In this document: positions 31,725-42,348 of the stretch, piece after piece | Position numbering within the stretch: the stretch's first letter is position 1 | How the letters are laid out: the number at the start of each line of letters is the position of its first letter | DNA from: Promethearchaeota archaeon | Lineage (GTDB): Archaea; Asgardarchaeota; Lokiarchaeia; Sigyniarchaeales; SOKP01 | Reading direction: 5' to 3' | Assembly: GCA_016839585.1 (NCBI GenBank) | Contig: JAEOTZ010000033.1 | Coordinates: forward strand, 1 to 63,708 | DNA length: 63,708 nucleotides | Program-made: the position numbers and the translations under genes | Notes under the pieces: generated by a model | Database searches by the model: none | Seen by the model: the letters and a program-made list of their open reading frames with translations, nothing else | Told to the model about the DNA's origin: nothing

Positions 31725-32223
31725 CCCGTCAAGACTGTTTTCAATAAAAAATCCTTATTTGTAAATATCTTCCTATAGACATAACCGACAAAAATACTAT
31801 CACTAAATTAATATTGGTTATCATTATTTATAAATATATTACTTTTTTCTCGTATTTTATAGATAAATATCAGACATTGAATGATATATCCTATTTATAA
31901 ATTATTTTCATAATCTTATTTGTAAATATATTTAAAGATTCACTATTTTTTATGATTTATTGGTATTAATCTTATTATAAGTTGTAGTATTTTACTTATT
32001 AATTTAATCTTGTATATATTTGTTTTATATCAGAAATAGTTGAATTTTGAATTATTAATTACATAATAATAAAACTAAGTAGATAAATAACTGGAATTCT
32101 AAGAAATTATAGGAGTTATTAATTGTCTATTGTAAAAACTATTAAATATAAATGCTTATATCTATATACTTCATATTTTAAATTAAATTATAATATTAAT
32201 TACTGAATTATAGATGATTAGGA

Positions 32224-32523
32224 ATGAGAGATGTTGTAGAGCTTAAACAATATTCTGAAGAGAAATCTATACAATTCTTAATCCCTCCCTCCATTCAGGA
32301 AGGTTTAGATATCGAATTTGGTGATCAATTACAGATGCAAATTGAAGGAATATATAAGGAAGGAATGGAAAAGATTACTGTTAATTTCCCAACATCTGGG
32401 ACTGTTATTAGAATAGGAGGGACATCAAAGGGAATAACAGTTCGAAAAGATATTGTAAAACGTTTTAAATTAAAATCAGGATATAGCCTGCAAATAGATT
32501 TTAAGAAAGAGATTACAACATAA
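32224..32523 (+). CDS. Tandem AbrB/SpoVT-type DNA-binding protein, divergent from the cdc6 operon
   Basis: Two repeats: FLIPPSIQEGLDIEFGD and GGTSKGITVRKDIVKRFKLKSG. Confidence 0.75.
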   Translation: MRDVVELKQYSEEKSIQFLIPPSIQEGLDIEFGDQLQMQIEGIYKEGMEKITVNFPTSGTVIRIGGTSKGITVRKDIVKRFKLKSGYSLQIDFKKEITT

Positions 32524-32845
32524 TGATTTGGTAATATAGATTGTGTCTTTCCGATTTATTTCAATTATTTTTTTTAAAAAGTTGATGTATTTCGTGAAAA
32601 ACATCTAATAAATCCTAAATTAGATTAATATTCTGAATTATATACAAAACCATCTTCCCCCGTTTCTAAACGATACTCAAGTGGTATATAGGGATATATC
32701 TCCTATACTGTATACCCAAGCAGTAGTTGATTCTGATTCAATTGATATGGATAACTTAAATGAATATGATAGCACAATAAACGCCATCTAGAAATGGATG
32801 GAAAATTTTAACGAGATGATGGCACAGTCTAGATAAATGGTATTA

Positions 32846-33082
32846 TCATATATGTCTTACCAAAAATTTATGGAGTTTCTCTAGTAAATAGTCTTTACAT
32901 TGAGGATTCGACCATTCCTTCCCTTTAAAAAGATCTTCCTCTTTTGCCTTCCGTTGTAGTCCTAATTTGGCAATAACATAATAAGCATGACGGCGAAAAT
33001 CGGGAAAAATGTTCTCAGAACAGATCTCGTCGAGAGCTAACTGAACCAATAAATTCCTAGCCTGCTCAATTTCTTTACCCAT
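32846..33082 (-). CDS. Small hypothetical protein
   Basis: 78-aa ORF. Confidence 0.65.
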   Translation of the reverse strand: MGKEIEQARNLLVQLALDEICSENIFPDFRRHAYYVIAKLGLQRKAKEEDLFKGKEWSNPQCKDYLLEKLHKFLVRHI

Positions 33083-33282
33083 GTACTATTAGGAGAAAGA
33101 AAAAGTGAATAAAAAGGAGATATCTCTATTAAATTATTATAATGTCTGTCTTTTTAAAAGAGAATATAAAGGAAGGATCTTCCAATTAATGAAATTCTTC
33201 TAACATTTAACTGTATTCCTTAATATTCCTAGTTTCTAAGTTAAAAAAAAAATGAAAAAAATTAGAAAAAAAAGTGAGTATA

Positions 33283-34077
33283 TTATAATTTCTTTTTGAA
33301 CTTCTTTACAAAATAAGCCACGTCACCAGGTGGGGTAACTATTATTTCAGAAGGAAGGTTTGTTTCAAGTTCAAGAAGCCCATCTCGTACCTCTATTGGT
33401 CCAACATCAACAGCATAGACCTCTTCCTCGTTTTTACATTTTTTTAAGTTGCCCGATTTTCCCTTGCAATAAAAAGCATAGATCCCTTTATTAGTTTCAA
33501 ATGTTTCAACAAAATCCTTAGGTAATTCTTGTTCTAAGGCTTGTCTTTTTTCTTGATTTGGCTCAGCAGCAGCAAGTTCTTTATTTTTATTATAAGTTGC
33601 TAGGATATTAGCTTTAATATCTTTCAAAAAGTTTTTATCAATGGGATTTTTCACCATTGTTGTAAAACCGTGAGTACCTTCTACTTTTACTCCAAAACTA
33701 TTAAGCTGATGTTTAGAAATAAGATCATTAATTCTAGACTCTGCTTGAGGTTTCTTAAAAGTAATAGTTGCCGTTACGTTCTCAAGGTCTTCTGGGAGGC
33801 TATTCAAACGTTCATGAGCCCTATTTACGTAAACTTCAAGCTCCTCTTTGGAATTGACTTCAGGAATAGAAAAAACACCTACTTTATCGAATCCAGAGCT
33901 AGATATTCTGACTCTCTTAGCTGCTATGATCTCATTTTGAAGTTTGCGACGTGAAAAACGTTTCTTTTCTATATCAGGTACCATTTCTTCAATAATTTCT
34001 TTTTTTAAAAGTCCTCTTTTTGTTAACATTGTTTTCTTCATTTTGATTTCATCTTTCTCATCTTTCATGTTTCTCAT
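33283..34077 (-). CDS. Hypothetical protein
   Basis: 264 aa, GGAG SD, coupled to the upstream gene. Confidence 0.75.
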   Translation of the reverse strand: MRNMKDEKDEIKMKKTMLTKRGLLKKEIIEEMVPDIEKKRFSRRKLQNEIIAAKRVRISSSGFDKVGVFSIPEVNSKEELEVYVNRAHERLNSLPEDLENVTATITFKKPQAESRINDLISKHQLNSFGVKVEGTHGFTTMVKNPIDKNFLKDIKANILATYNKNKELAAAEPNQEKRQALEQELPKDFVETFETNKGIYAFYCKGKSGNLKKCKNEEEVYAVDVGPIEVRDGLLELETNLPSEIIVTPPGDVAYFVKKFKKKL

Positions 34078-34081
34078 CTCC

Positions 34082-34618
34082 TTAAGATTTAATAGTATTC
34101 GCAGTCATTCTACACCATTCAAACTTGGAACCAAACCAACAATAAAAAGGACCTCCACACCATTCGATTTCAGTTGAAAGTGTAAAACTCACGTTCTTTT
34201 GTTTACGATAAAATTTTAGGCATACATAATACCATTTATTAGCTTGAAGCTCAGAAATTGGTCCCCCCAATTCAGCTTCCTCATTATCGCCAGTTAATAG
34301 ACATAAAATTCGTAACCAGATATCTGCTTCCTCATTATCCACACCAGCAGCACAAGAACTTACTGAGGGTAAATTTGTTGAAAATTCATAAAAACAATAT
34401 AAATATAGGAAACCCGGTCTAACAAAATCCCAAACATCTATATGCGAAGGGCTTCTTCGCACTTCATATATATATGATCCACCTTTTGCCTTGAAAGCAT
34501 TTATACTGTCTGTATACCATAAAAAACTTTGAGTTACGTAAACGAAATTTCCACTAAAAGTTACTATAGGGGTTGTCCATACATCTGGAGACCAATTTTT
34601 TTCTTTACAACTTCCCAT
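34082..34618 (-). CDS. Cys/Trp-rich hypothetical protein
   Basis: 178 aa, GAGGG SD, beta-rich, 8 Cys. Confidence 0.7.
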   Translation of the reverse strand: MGSCKEKNWSPDVWTTPIVTFSGNFVYVTQSFLWYTDSINAFKAKGGSYIYEVRRSPSHIDVWDFVRPGFLYLYCFYEFSTNLPSVSSCAAGVDNEEADIWLRILCLLTGDNEEAELGGPISELQANKWYYVCLKFYRKQKNVSFTLSTEIEWCGGPFYCWFGSKFEWCRMTANTIKS

Positions 34619-35247
34619 TTCTAATCCCTCCTATTATATTTTTAATTTTTTATTTTCATTTTTTGTAACTATATTAAATTTAAAGTGTTGGCTAAACAGG
34701 TTTCTCCTTTTTCATTTTGTTTACTTCAATAGATTTTTTACTTTTTCAGGTTTACTTCTTCTCTCATTCCTTTATTTCTACTTTTTACATTTTTGAGAAA
34801 AATTTCGCCAACAATGTAAAAAATTATCTCGTCATATTTAAATCTTTAGTTAATAGATGAAAATAAACATGATGTTGAAAATTCACCATCCGCCAATGAG
34901 TTTTGAATCTATAAAGCGTTCTGAGGCACAGAGAAGTGAATTATTTGATATTGAACATCTTGCTTTTCTTAAAGGGAAAGACCCTCCTTTGTACAAGACT
35001 TGAAATCATGACTTTTACCGATCATCGAGGATAACATTACAATTTTATTCTTGAGATATTAGTCACTTTTTATTTTTTCTTATATATTCTTTAAATTGAA
35101 ATAATATTGACTGATGAATCTTTACTTAAGACCACTAACAAGACTATAAACAATAAATGAGGATCATAAGCTTTATCAAATCTAGGATTTTAAATAACTA
35201 ATTTTTAAATCTACTTTATAAGGAAAAATATAACTTTTATAAAACTG

Positions 35248-35817
35248 ATGTATTTCGTGAATCTGACCTTAATATTTTTATTCTTAATGGTATGTGTCTA
35301 TTTTGATCTAAAAGATCGTATTATTCCTAATAAATTTCTAAAATTGTATCTTTTAATTACCTTTATTTTAATCCCATTTGACGTTTATTATTATTTAGAT
35401 ATCATATTATGGTATATTTTCATTAAAATTTTAGTATTGATATTTATTTTTATCCTGGTTTTGACGTTATTTACTCTCAAATTGCTTGGAGGAGGAGACG
35501 GGAAAGTTTTGATCCTTTTGTTTCATTCATTTCCTTTTATGTATATTTTTTATTTCTTACAATATTTTTTCCTGATATTTAGTTTATTTTTAATAATTGC
35601 TAAGATAACCATTTATATTCCAAAAGCTAAGATAAAAAATAATGAAAAAAGTGACATCCTAACTAAAGCAATGAATTCTATACTATATGATGATATTAAA
35701 ATTAGACCAAAAAGTAAAGATTTTAGTTTATTGAGAAAAAGACATATCTTCCCATTACTCATACCTATCTTTTTCTCCTATATAACATTGACCATATGGA
35801 TATTATTTATTCTCTGA
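35248..35817 (+). CDS. Prepilin peptidase, A24 family
   Basis: DLKDRIIPN and GGGDGK aspartate motifs, TM segments, PLLIPI. Confidence 0.88.
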   Translation: MYFVNLTLIFLFLMVCVYFDLKDRIIPNKFLKLYLLITFILIPFDVYYYLDIILWYIFIKILVLIFIFILVLTLFTLKLLGGGDGKVLILLFHSFPFMYIFYFLQYFFLIFSLFLIIAKITIYIPKAKIKNNEKSDILTKAMNSILYDDIKIRPKSKDFSLLRKRHIFPLLIPIFFSYITLTIWILFIL

Positions 35818-35838
35818 TTTTAAATAGTTTTTTTTATA

Positions 35839-36393
35839 ATGATATTTAATATGTTTGATATTTTCTTTGATTATTTAGGTCAGTTATTAGATTTTCTATT
35901 TATCTGGTCGAATATAGGTTTATCTATAATGTTTTTTTTATTGGCTAACCATTTAATTAACGCATCTCAGAACTTCGAGCTTAAACAAGATAATTTAAAA
36001 TTACGTATAAAAAAAATAGATATTAAATGTAAATATGGTGTTTTAGTTCTTGGTTTATTATCTGTTTTTTCATTGTTTTATATTTTTCAATCAATGCTTT
36101 CATTTTTCTTCAATATTTTTCCATACTCACCCTTCTTTGAAATCATGTCTAGATTCGGATTACTTTATCAAGAACTTTATGGATATAAAGAGTATCAACT
36201 CATAATTTTGGGAACGGCCGCAGTTTCGCTTCTTTCTTTAATTTTATCTATAATAGGGCTTTATAGTGCTATCTTCAAGAAATTAATACAAGGAGAGAAA
36301 ACAAAAGGGTTCTTGTATTTTATAGGCTTCTTTGCATTAGCTTTTTTTTTTGGTTTACCCTTAATGCTAAGTTACATTAGTCCTACCTTGTAA
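35839..36393 (+). CDS. Membrane protein (~4 TM)
   Basis: Hydrophobic segments; co-oriented with the prepilin peptidase. Confidence 0.75.
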   Translation: MIFNMFDIFFDYLGQLLDFLFIWSNIGLSIMFFLLANHLINASQNFELKQDNLKLRIKKIDIKCKYGVLVLGLLSVFSLFYIFQSMLSFFFNIFPYSPFFEIMSRFGLLYQELYGYKEYQLIILGTAAVSLLSLILSIIGLYSAIFKKLIQGEKTKGFLYFIGFFALAFFFGLPLMLSYISPTL

Positions 36394-36412
36394 TCCTGAT
36401 ATATTAAGTTCT

Positions 36413-36958
36413 CTATTCCTTCCAACTTTTATTCTGGTTCTTAAATAGATCGGTTATTAATTTTTGAAACGCGTCATCAGAGTTCCCTTCATCTAGGGGA
36501 TCTAAAAGTTCCTTATGTTTGTCTTTTGTAAAATTTCGCTCATCATTAGATCCTTTTTCCGAACTTGCTGAAAATCTTGTATTTTTATTCTCTTTCCAAT
36601 CCAATAAAGGTGTAAAATCACTTATATCTTCTTGGTTAATTGAAGATTGGGATGGATCACTAATATTTTGATTAGAAGGGACTATAAGAATGATTATTGC
36701 AAATATAGTAGAAAAGAACAATACATTAAAAAATAATAATTTTTCAATTACAATATTCAACGATTGCTTAAAAATAAAGAAGAAATCAGGCGTAGTAAAA
36801 TAAAAATAAAACGCACCTGTAATCGAAATAAGCACTGGAATTTTTACGTTTCGCAAATTATAACCAATCCTCCAAATCAGGTAAAATAGAACTGGAATCA
36901 TCGCAAGGATAATAAAAAGTAATAATCCACTAGATCTAAAAAAAAATATGTCCGTCAT
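36413..36958 (-). CDS. Membrane protein (3 TM + polar tail)
   Basis: Hydrophobic N-terminal half; the start codon lies inside direct repeat copy 1. Confidence 0.75.
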   Translation of the reverse strand: MTDIFFFRSSGLLLFIILAMIPVLFYLIWRIGYNLRNVKIPVLISITGAFYFYFTTPDFFFIFKQSLNIVIEKLLFFNVLFFSTIFAIIILIVPSNQNISDPSQSSINQEDISDFTPLLDWKENKNTRFSASSEKGSNDERNFTKDKHKELLDPLDEGNSDDAFQKLITDLFKNQNKSWKE

Positions 36959-37091
36959 CTAATCTTTTGTTGAAATAGGTATTAAAAAACCTCACTAAAT
37001 TACATATTTATTTGTTAATAACTTTAAGCTCCTAATCCTAGTTTTAAAAATAGTTCTCTTTAAAATATCCCTTCAAAAAAGATTATATATG
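36949..37091 (+). repeat. Direct repeat copy 1 (~143 bp)
   Basis: Aligns with 42349-42492; shared blocks include GTCATCTAATCTTTT, TAGGTATTAAAAAACCTCAC and TTTAAAAATAGTTCTCTTTAAAATATCCCTTCAAAAAA. Confidence 0.9.
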
Positions 37092-37250
37092 GCATTATAT
37101 TTGAGTGTAAAAACAATAGAAGGAAAAAAAGGAATTTTTGTCTTTAAGAAAGAGGAAAAATAAGATTAGAAAATTTCTTCAAGGTTTTAATTAAAAAATT
37201 GTTTCATAAATCTTTCTACTTTTGATAGATCAATAAGATCTCTATATCTC

Positions 37251-38108
37251 TTAATTCTCTATTAAGCTAGCTATAGTTTTAAGGAATATTTCACCTGATT
37301 TTTGTATTTTTACATATTTTTTTCTATTTATAGGATTATTTTCTATTAGACTATGTTTTTCTAATTCAGATAGATAATAGTTTAATTTAATTTTATTACT
37401 TCTCTCTTCAATTTCTTCATTCTTTAATCCTAAAAGATCTTCAATAGTAAAACCTTTTGGATAATCATTTTTATATTTATTCATAATTTCTAATACGGTA
37501 ATTTCATATTTAGGATATTTTGATAATTTATAATAAGGTATTTCAATTACTTCAAAAGGACCATCTGTCCACCCATGATTTTTATACTTCTTTATTATTT
37601 CATCTGCTTGATTTACACTTTCTTTTTCAATATTCTCTCGATTTTTTAATAAAGATACAATCTCTTGAAAAATATCTACAAAATCAACCATCAAATAATG
37701 GGTGGGTTTTACATAAAATAGTAAAATTCTTTCTGGATATTTTCCTGCAAGATAAAATGATGAAAAAGATAATATTTTTGAAGAAGTTGATGTATTGATA
37801 TAGAAGAAAGTATTTTTAGATTCCTCTATTTCTTTTAAAATTATTTCTTGTAGTAAATTAGTGCATTTAGATAGATTTGTTACATCTATCCCAAATTCCT
37901 TATATTTCCACAATCCTCGTATTTTATTTAGAAATAGTTCCTTGAATCTTTCAGATTCAGCACCTATTTTATCTTCAACATTTTCTTCATCTTTTTTGCT
38001 ATAAATCACATAAATCATATCAGGATTATATTCAGGAATCCCAACTATAGCTCGCTCTAGCTCTAGACCAATAGGGATTATCATTACTTTCCTTTCTTCA
38101 TTAATCAT
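37251..38108 (-). CDS. CARF-like Rossmann (DUF6293/Csa3-like) + wHTH regulator
   Basis: IIPIGLELERA...PDMIYVIY...YINTSTSSKI N-terminal domain; C-terminal wHTH (YYLSELEKHSLI...KIQKSG). Confidence 0.65.
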   Translation of the reverse strand: MINEERKVMIIPIGLELERAIVGIPEYNPDMIYVIYSKKDEENVEDKIGAESERFKELFLNKIRGLWKYKEFGIDVTNLSKCTNLLQEIILKEIEESKNTFFYINTSTSSKILSFSSFYLAGKYPERILLFYVKPTHYLMVDFVDIFQEIVSLLKNRENIEKESVNQADEIIKKYKNHGWTDGPFEVIEIPYYKLSKYPKYEITVLEIMNKYKNDYPKGFTIEDLLGLKNEEIEERSNKIKLNYYLSELEKHSLIENNPINRKKYVKIQKSGEIFLKTIASLIEN

Positions 38109-38272
38109 TTTAGTGACCCTCCCAATTTTGTCGTCACAATGTTTATATAATCTATATCACTTATATATTATATAGATCTTTTTTTTTTGATCTATAAGAA
38201 AAAATATTTATATTATTATCAAAATTAAGGATCTATTTTAAAAGCAATAATATTAAAATAATACAATTTAAA

Positions 38273-38551
38273 GTGAAAAATTTGAAAAAAACCTATACAA
38301 ACACAAAAAAAAGTCGAAATGAAATACCTAAATCACCAGGCGTATATAACCTCAAGAACCGGCAAGGACAAACAGTTTATACTGGAATGACGAAAAACCT
38401 TAATCGAAGGATTAATGAGCATCATTATGATAAATCAAAACACTTTGCTCGTGTAGCAATTACCCCAACAAAAACAAAAGCCCAAGCGAATAAAATTGAG
38501 GATAGTAGATTATCAAATAAAAAACCAGCTCATAATAAAAAGAAAAAATAA
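38273..38551 (+). CDS. Minimal GIY-YIG nuclease
   Basis: PGVYNL...VYTGMTKNLNRRINEH...KIE. Confidence 0.85.
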   Translation: MKNLKKTYTNTKKSRNEIPKSPGVYNLKNRQGQTVYTGMTKNLNRRINEHHYDKSKHFARVAITPTKTKAQANKIEDSRLSNKKPAHNKKKK

Positions 38552-39266
38552 TTTACAATGAGGACTTCTTATAATTAATGAGCTAAATATGTTTTTAGGG
38601 ACTTTAATAATAGGAGTATTAATTGGATTAGTAAATCATATCTAAACAAAACATTTCATTAGAAAGAATTATAGATATCTTTTGCTCAATTTTTATTGGT
38701 ACACTACTATATTTCTTAGGATCATTAATCGAAGTCTACGGTTATTTGTTTGGTGTAATTTTCTTTCTATTAATTAATGAAAAATTGCCTCATTTTGATA
38801 GTAAACAAAAAAAAGTGGTTAAGAAATGAATAATTTTGAAATTGATACATGAAAAACATCAGAAATATGGGGGTGTGAATTATTAGAAATGAAACATTTA
38901 GGTGGGGGCAGGAAAACCTGATTGCATAGATGAAAAGAATCCAAAAAGGATAGGAGAAGTAAAAGATTATAGAAGAAGTATTAATGCATATGATCTGAAA
39001 AGGGAACTTCACAAACCATGAATGAAAGAGGTTAATGAAATAAATATTTTAGTTATGGGATCTTGTACTTCTAAAGCAAAAGAAAATGCTACGTAGATTT
39101 CAAGTTTAAAATTGCGTTGCAGCCTTCGGAATTTTCAGAAATTTTCACATTAAATTTTATTTGAATATCAATATACCAAAGTGTAAATTTAAAAATTAAT
39201 ATTGTCTTTAAGTTTATAAAAAGATAAAAATATAAGTTATTAACAATAGCGAGGTTTTAAATTAAG

Positions 39267-39545
39267 ATGAATGATAATGAAAAAAAAATTGAAATAACTT
39301 TCGTCATACAAGGGAAAGAATTTATCGTTGGGGTTAATATTAACCAAAGCATAAAAGCGGGGGTTCATAAAGCACTAGAACAGGCGGGTCAATCGGGGTC
39401 CCATAAAGATTGGGAATTAAGAACAGAAAGTGGAGATCTAATCAACATGGATTCAAGTTGGAAAGATAGTAATATTACAAGTAACACTAAACTTTTCCTA
39501 TCTAAGGGTGCTGGTAGGGGAGGTTTTACTAATTCAAAGGATTAG
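39267..39545 (+). CDS. bilA: Ubiquitin-like protein (DUF2604/type II BilA-like) with a 6-aa extension after GG
   Basis: Beta-grasp pattern, WELRTESG, LFLSKGAGRGG|FTNSKD. Confidence 0.8.
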   Translation: MNDNEKKIEITFVIQGKEFIVGVNINQSIKAGVHKALEQAGQSGSHKDWELRTESGDLINMDSSWKDSNITSNTKLFLSKGAGRGGFTNSKD

Positions 39546-40116
39546 AATCAATTTACCTCCAAATTTTCAACAAGGACAGATCCCATTAATTATACAAGGA
39601 CATTCAAATATTGATAGACGAAGGCATTTTAGAATAAATGCGGATCATTTACTTCTAGATCAAAATGTCTCCAAGACCTATTTTAATAAAGTGATAGATG
39701 AATTAGAGAAAAAAGGTGGGCTCTATAAAAATATTTGGAAAATCAAAGATATTTTTTATCCTAACATTTTTATTGATATTTTATCAACCAAAGGGAAAAC
39801 CTTACTTATATTATCATTAAATTTTAGGAATTATAATTATTTTCCCCCTCAGGTAGGATTTCTTACACCAGATGGAAAATTAATAAAAAAATTAAATCCT
39901 GATGCAATAATTCCCGATGATCAAGGAATATATCATCTAATTAAACATAACCAGGGCGTATGGGCATGTACGCCCGGAACTTATGAATATCATGATTTTT
40001 ATTTTGATTTAGATCGGTGGGAATTAGAAAGGTATGGCTCGACGTGCAATATTATAGAACTTGTTAATCGCATTATTGGCATGATTGATCGATCAAATGA
40101 AAAGATTCTTTTATAG
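39508..40116 (+). CDS. bilB: Prokaryotic E2 conjugating enzyme (BilB-like)
   Basis: LNFRNYNYFPPQVGF...ACTPGTYEYH...DRWE. The real start may be ATT ~39532 after GGAGGT. Confidence 0.75.
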   Translation: MLVGEVLLIQRIRINLPPNFQQGQIPLIIQGHSNIDRRRHFRINADHLLLDQNVSKTYFNKVIDELEKKGGLYKNIWKIKDIFYPNIFIDILSTKGKTLLILSLNFRNYNYFPPQVGFLTPDGKLIKKLNPDAIIPDDQGIYHLIKHNQGVWACTPGTYEYHDFYFDLDRWELERYGSTCNIIELVNRIIGMIDRSNEKILL

Positions 40117-40592
40117 TGCTTATGAATAAAATTAAATTAATTCTTCTCCCAATTAATGTCCTTGACGCGACACTTAGAAAATTTAAAGAATATGGTAAAA
40201 AAAGTTTAGAAGCATTTGCAATCTGGGTAGGCAAAGAAAAGAATACAAACTTTATTATAAAGGATGTCTGGATCCCTACACAATATAATACAATCCTTTC
40301 TTATTATGTTCCAGATATTGATGTTCATAAAATCAACGTTGAGTTGAATAAAAAAAATTATTCTGCTATTGCACAATTGCATACCCATCCTGAAAATGCG
40401 TTCCATAGCTGTATTGATGATAATTATTCCATTCTAACACTTCCAGGATCATTTAGTATAGTAGTTCCTGATTTCGGAAATATTTCGATTAGAGATAGTT
40501 TGAATAAGATGGTAGTATATCGATTAATTAATAAAGAATGGGTATTACAATCAAAAATTAAGGTGAATAAACTATTCAAAATAATAGAATAA
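40116..40592 (+). CDS. bilC: JAB/JAMM isopeptidase (BilC-like)
   Basis: EAFAIWVG...QLHTHPENAFHSCIDD...SIVVPDFG. Confidence 0.9.
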   Translation: MLMNKIKLILLPINVLDATLRKFKEYGKKSLEAFAIWVGKEKNTNFIIKDVWIPTQYNTILSYYVPDIDVHKINVELNKKNYSAIAQLHTHPENAFHSCIDDNYSILTLPGSFSIVVPDFGNISIRDSLNKMVVYRLINKEWVLQSKIKVNKLFKIIE

Positions 40593-40660
40593 AGAATAAT
40601 AAACCACAATCGCTCCTTAGAAATTTAGATAACTTTTCCACAATTACAAATGAGAAAGAT

Positions 40661-42118
40661 TTGAAGATTTACCAAGAGAAAATTCAGAATTTAAAAATAG
40701 AAGTCATTTTACAAGATAACGATTCAGATATAAAAATAATTGAAAATAATATCCTTATTTGTAATATTGTCCTTAATTTGTTAGACCGTTTTTTAACTAA
40801 TATCCGGTATACCAGTAATCCAGAATATTTAAAAAAATATTTCCCAGACAGTTTTTTACAGAATATCCAGTCTAAAAATTTTGATAGTGAACCTACCTTA
40901 TCAATAATTATAGGAAATAAAAGGGAAGCAGTTCAGAATCCACTATATCTCTCTTCAAACGGTTGGAGCATATATCTTTCGCGAAAAAAGCCTTGTTCTT
41001 GGAAAATATTTGCGAAAAATCCGTTGTCAGCAATTTATATAGCAGCACTTGGCGTTGGCGAGGTTTTTAAATTATTAGTTGAAGATTATGTATCTGTTGA
41101 GATTATAAATGATTTCATTTATGATTTTATCACACATGGAAAGACAAATCAACCAGTTACTAACCCTTTGCTACCTTCGTATCTTGATATAAATTTAATA
41201 CTAGTAGGATGTGGTGCTATTGGTCAAGCAATCGCTTTTGCACTAGATCAATTTGAGTTAAGAGGAAAAATTACACTAATCGATCCCGATATTATAGATG
41301 AATCAAATAAACAGCGTTATCTTCTTGCTTTTAATGAAAATATTGGAAGGAGTAAAACTCAATTTTTATCTAGATATTTGATGGATAATAAAAATAATCT
41401 CCTAACTGTTTTAGAATTTATACAACCTTATGAAATTTCGATTACGATATATGAATCTCTATTTAAAATGGAAAATGTATTTATTTCTGTTGATAATAAA
41501 CGAACTCGAGTGAATTTACAAGCAGCGTTGCCAAGAAGAATATGGAATATTTGGACAGATACAGCTCAAGGAATCTTAAGATATGGAATTGGTAAACATG
41601 ATTTTGCTAATGAAAATCAGTGCTTAGCTTGTGCTTATTATCCTGAAGGTGATATTCCAAATCAAATGGAGCTGAATGCTGCAATATTGGGAATAAGTCA
41701 AGAAGAAATAAACGAGAGACTACAAAGAAATGATTTAATTACTAAAAGTGATTTAGAACATCTAATGAATAACTATACTATTCCCCCAGATCAAATAACT
41801 AGAGTTAAAAGTTTAGAAGGGCAGCCTTTTTCTAATATTTTTCATGGAGAATGTGGAATATACAATGTTAGATTATTGGAAAAACATGAACCAACACCAG
41901 CTACTCATATTTCAGTTTTGGCTGGCGTATATTCAGTAATTCAATTTATACTAACCAAAATGGGAATTGAAAATGGTCATTTAGTAGAATCTGTCGCTGA
42001 ATTTAATGCTTTCGCATATCCAAATGAAGATTGTCTTATTAAAAAAAAAAGACACCCAAAATGCGTCTGTAACGATCCTATATATCAAGTAGTTTATAAA
42101 AATAAATGGGGATTATAG
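40661..42118 (+). CDS. bilD: E1/ThiF activating enzyme with N-terminal inactive domain (BilD-like)
   Basis: VGCGAIG, IDPDxIDESNxQRY, SVDN, CLAC, catalytic-Cys candidate HGECG and CVC. The frame is open upstream to ATA 40589. Confidence 0.88.
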   Translation: MKIYQEKIQNLKIEVILQDNDSDIKIIENNILICNIVLNLLDRFLTNIRYTSNPEYLKKYFPDSFLQNIQSKNFDSEPTLSIIIGNKREAVQNPLYLSSNGWSIYLSRKKPCSWKIFAKNPLSAIYIAALGVGEVFKLLVEDYVSVEIINDFIYDFITHGKTNQPVTNPLLPSYLDINLILVGCGAIGQAIAFALDQFELRGKITLIDPDIIDESNKQRYLLAFNENIGRSKTQFLSRYLMDNKNNLLTVLEFIQPYEISITIYESLFKMENVFISVDNKRTRVNLQAALPRRIWNIWTDTAQGILRYGIGKHDFANENQCLACAYYPEGDIPNQMELNAAILGISQEEINERLQRNDLITKSDLEHLMNNYTIPPDQITRVKSLEGQPFSNIFHGECGIYNVRLLEKHEPTPATHISVLAGVYSVIQFILTKMGIENGHLVESVAEFNAFAYPNEDCLIKKKRHPKCVCNDPIYQVVYKNKWGL

Positions 42119-42348
42119 TTTATTCTAGTTCGGTATTGCTCTCGGATTTAGATGACACTACTTATAAGCTAAAAATTGTATAAATTAAGAAATTAAGTCA
42201 TTTAATCTTCTTATTCATTAATGATTAATTTTTAATATAAGATTATGCATTAATTTGTTTAGATTGTTTTTCTTTACAAAATCTTCTTTTTATTTACACT
42301 TGTATAAGCTATTTATCTAATTTTATTTATATATCTATAAAGTAATAG

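Noticed and set aside
39500-39545. Programmed frameshift giving a Ubl-E2 fusion
   Set aside because: It would need a +1 shift with no clear signal; an SD followed by ATT explains the overlap.
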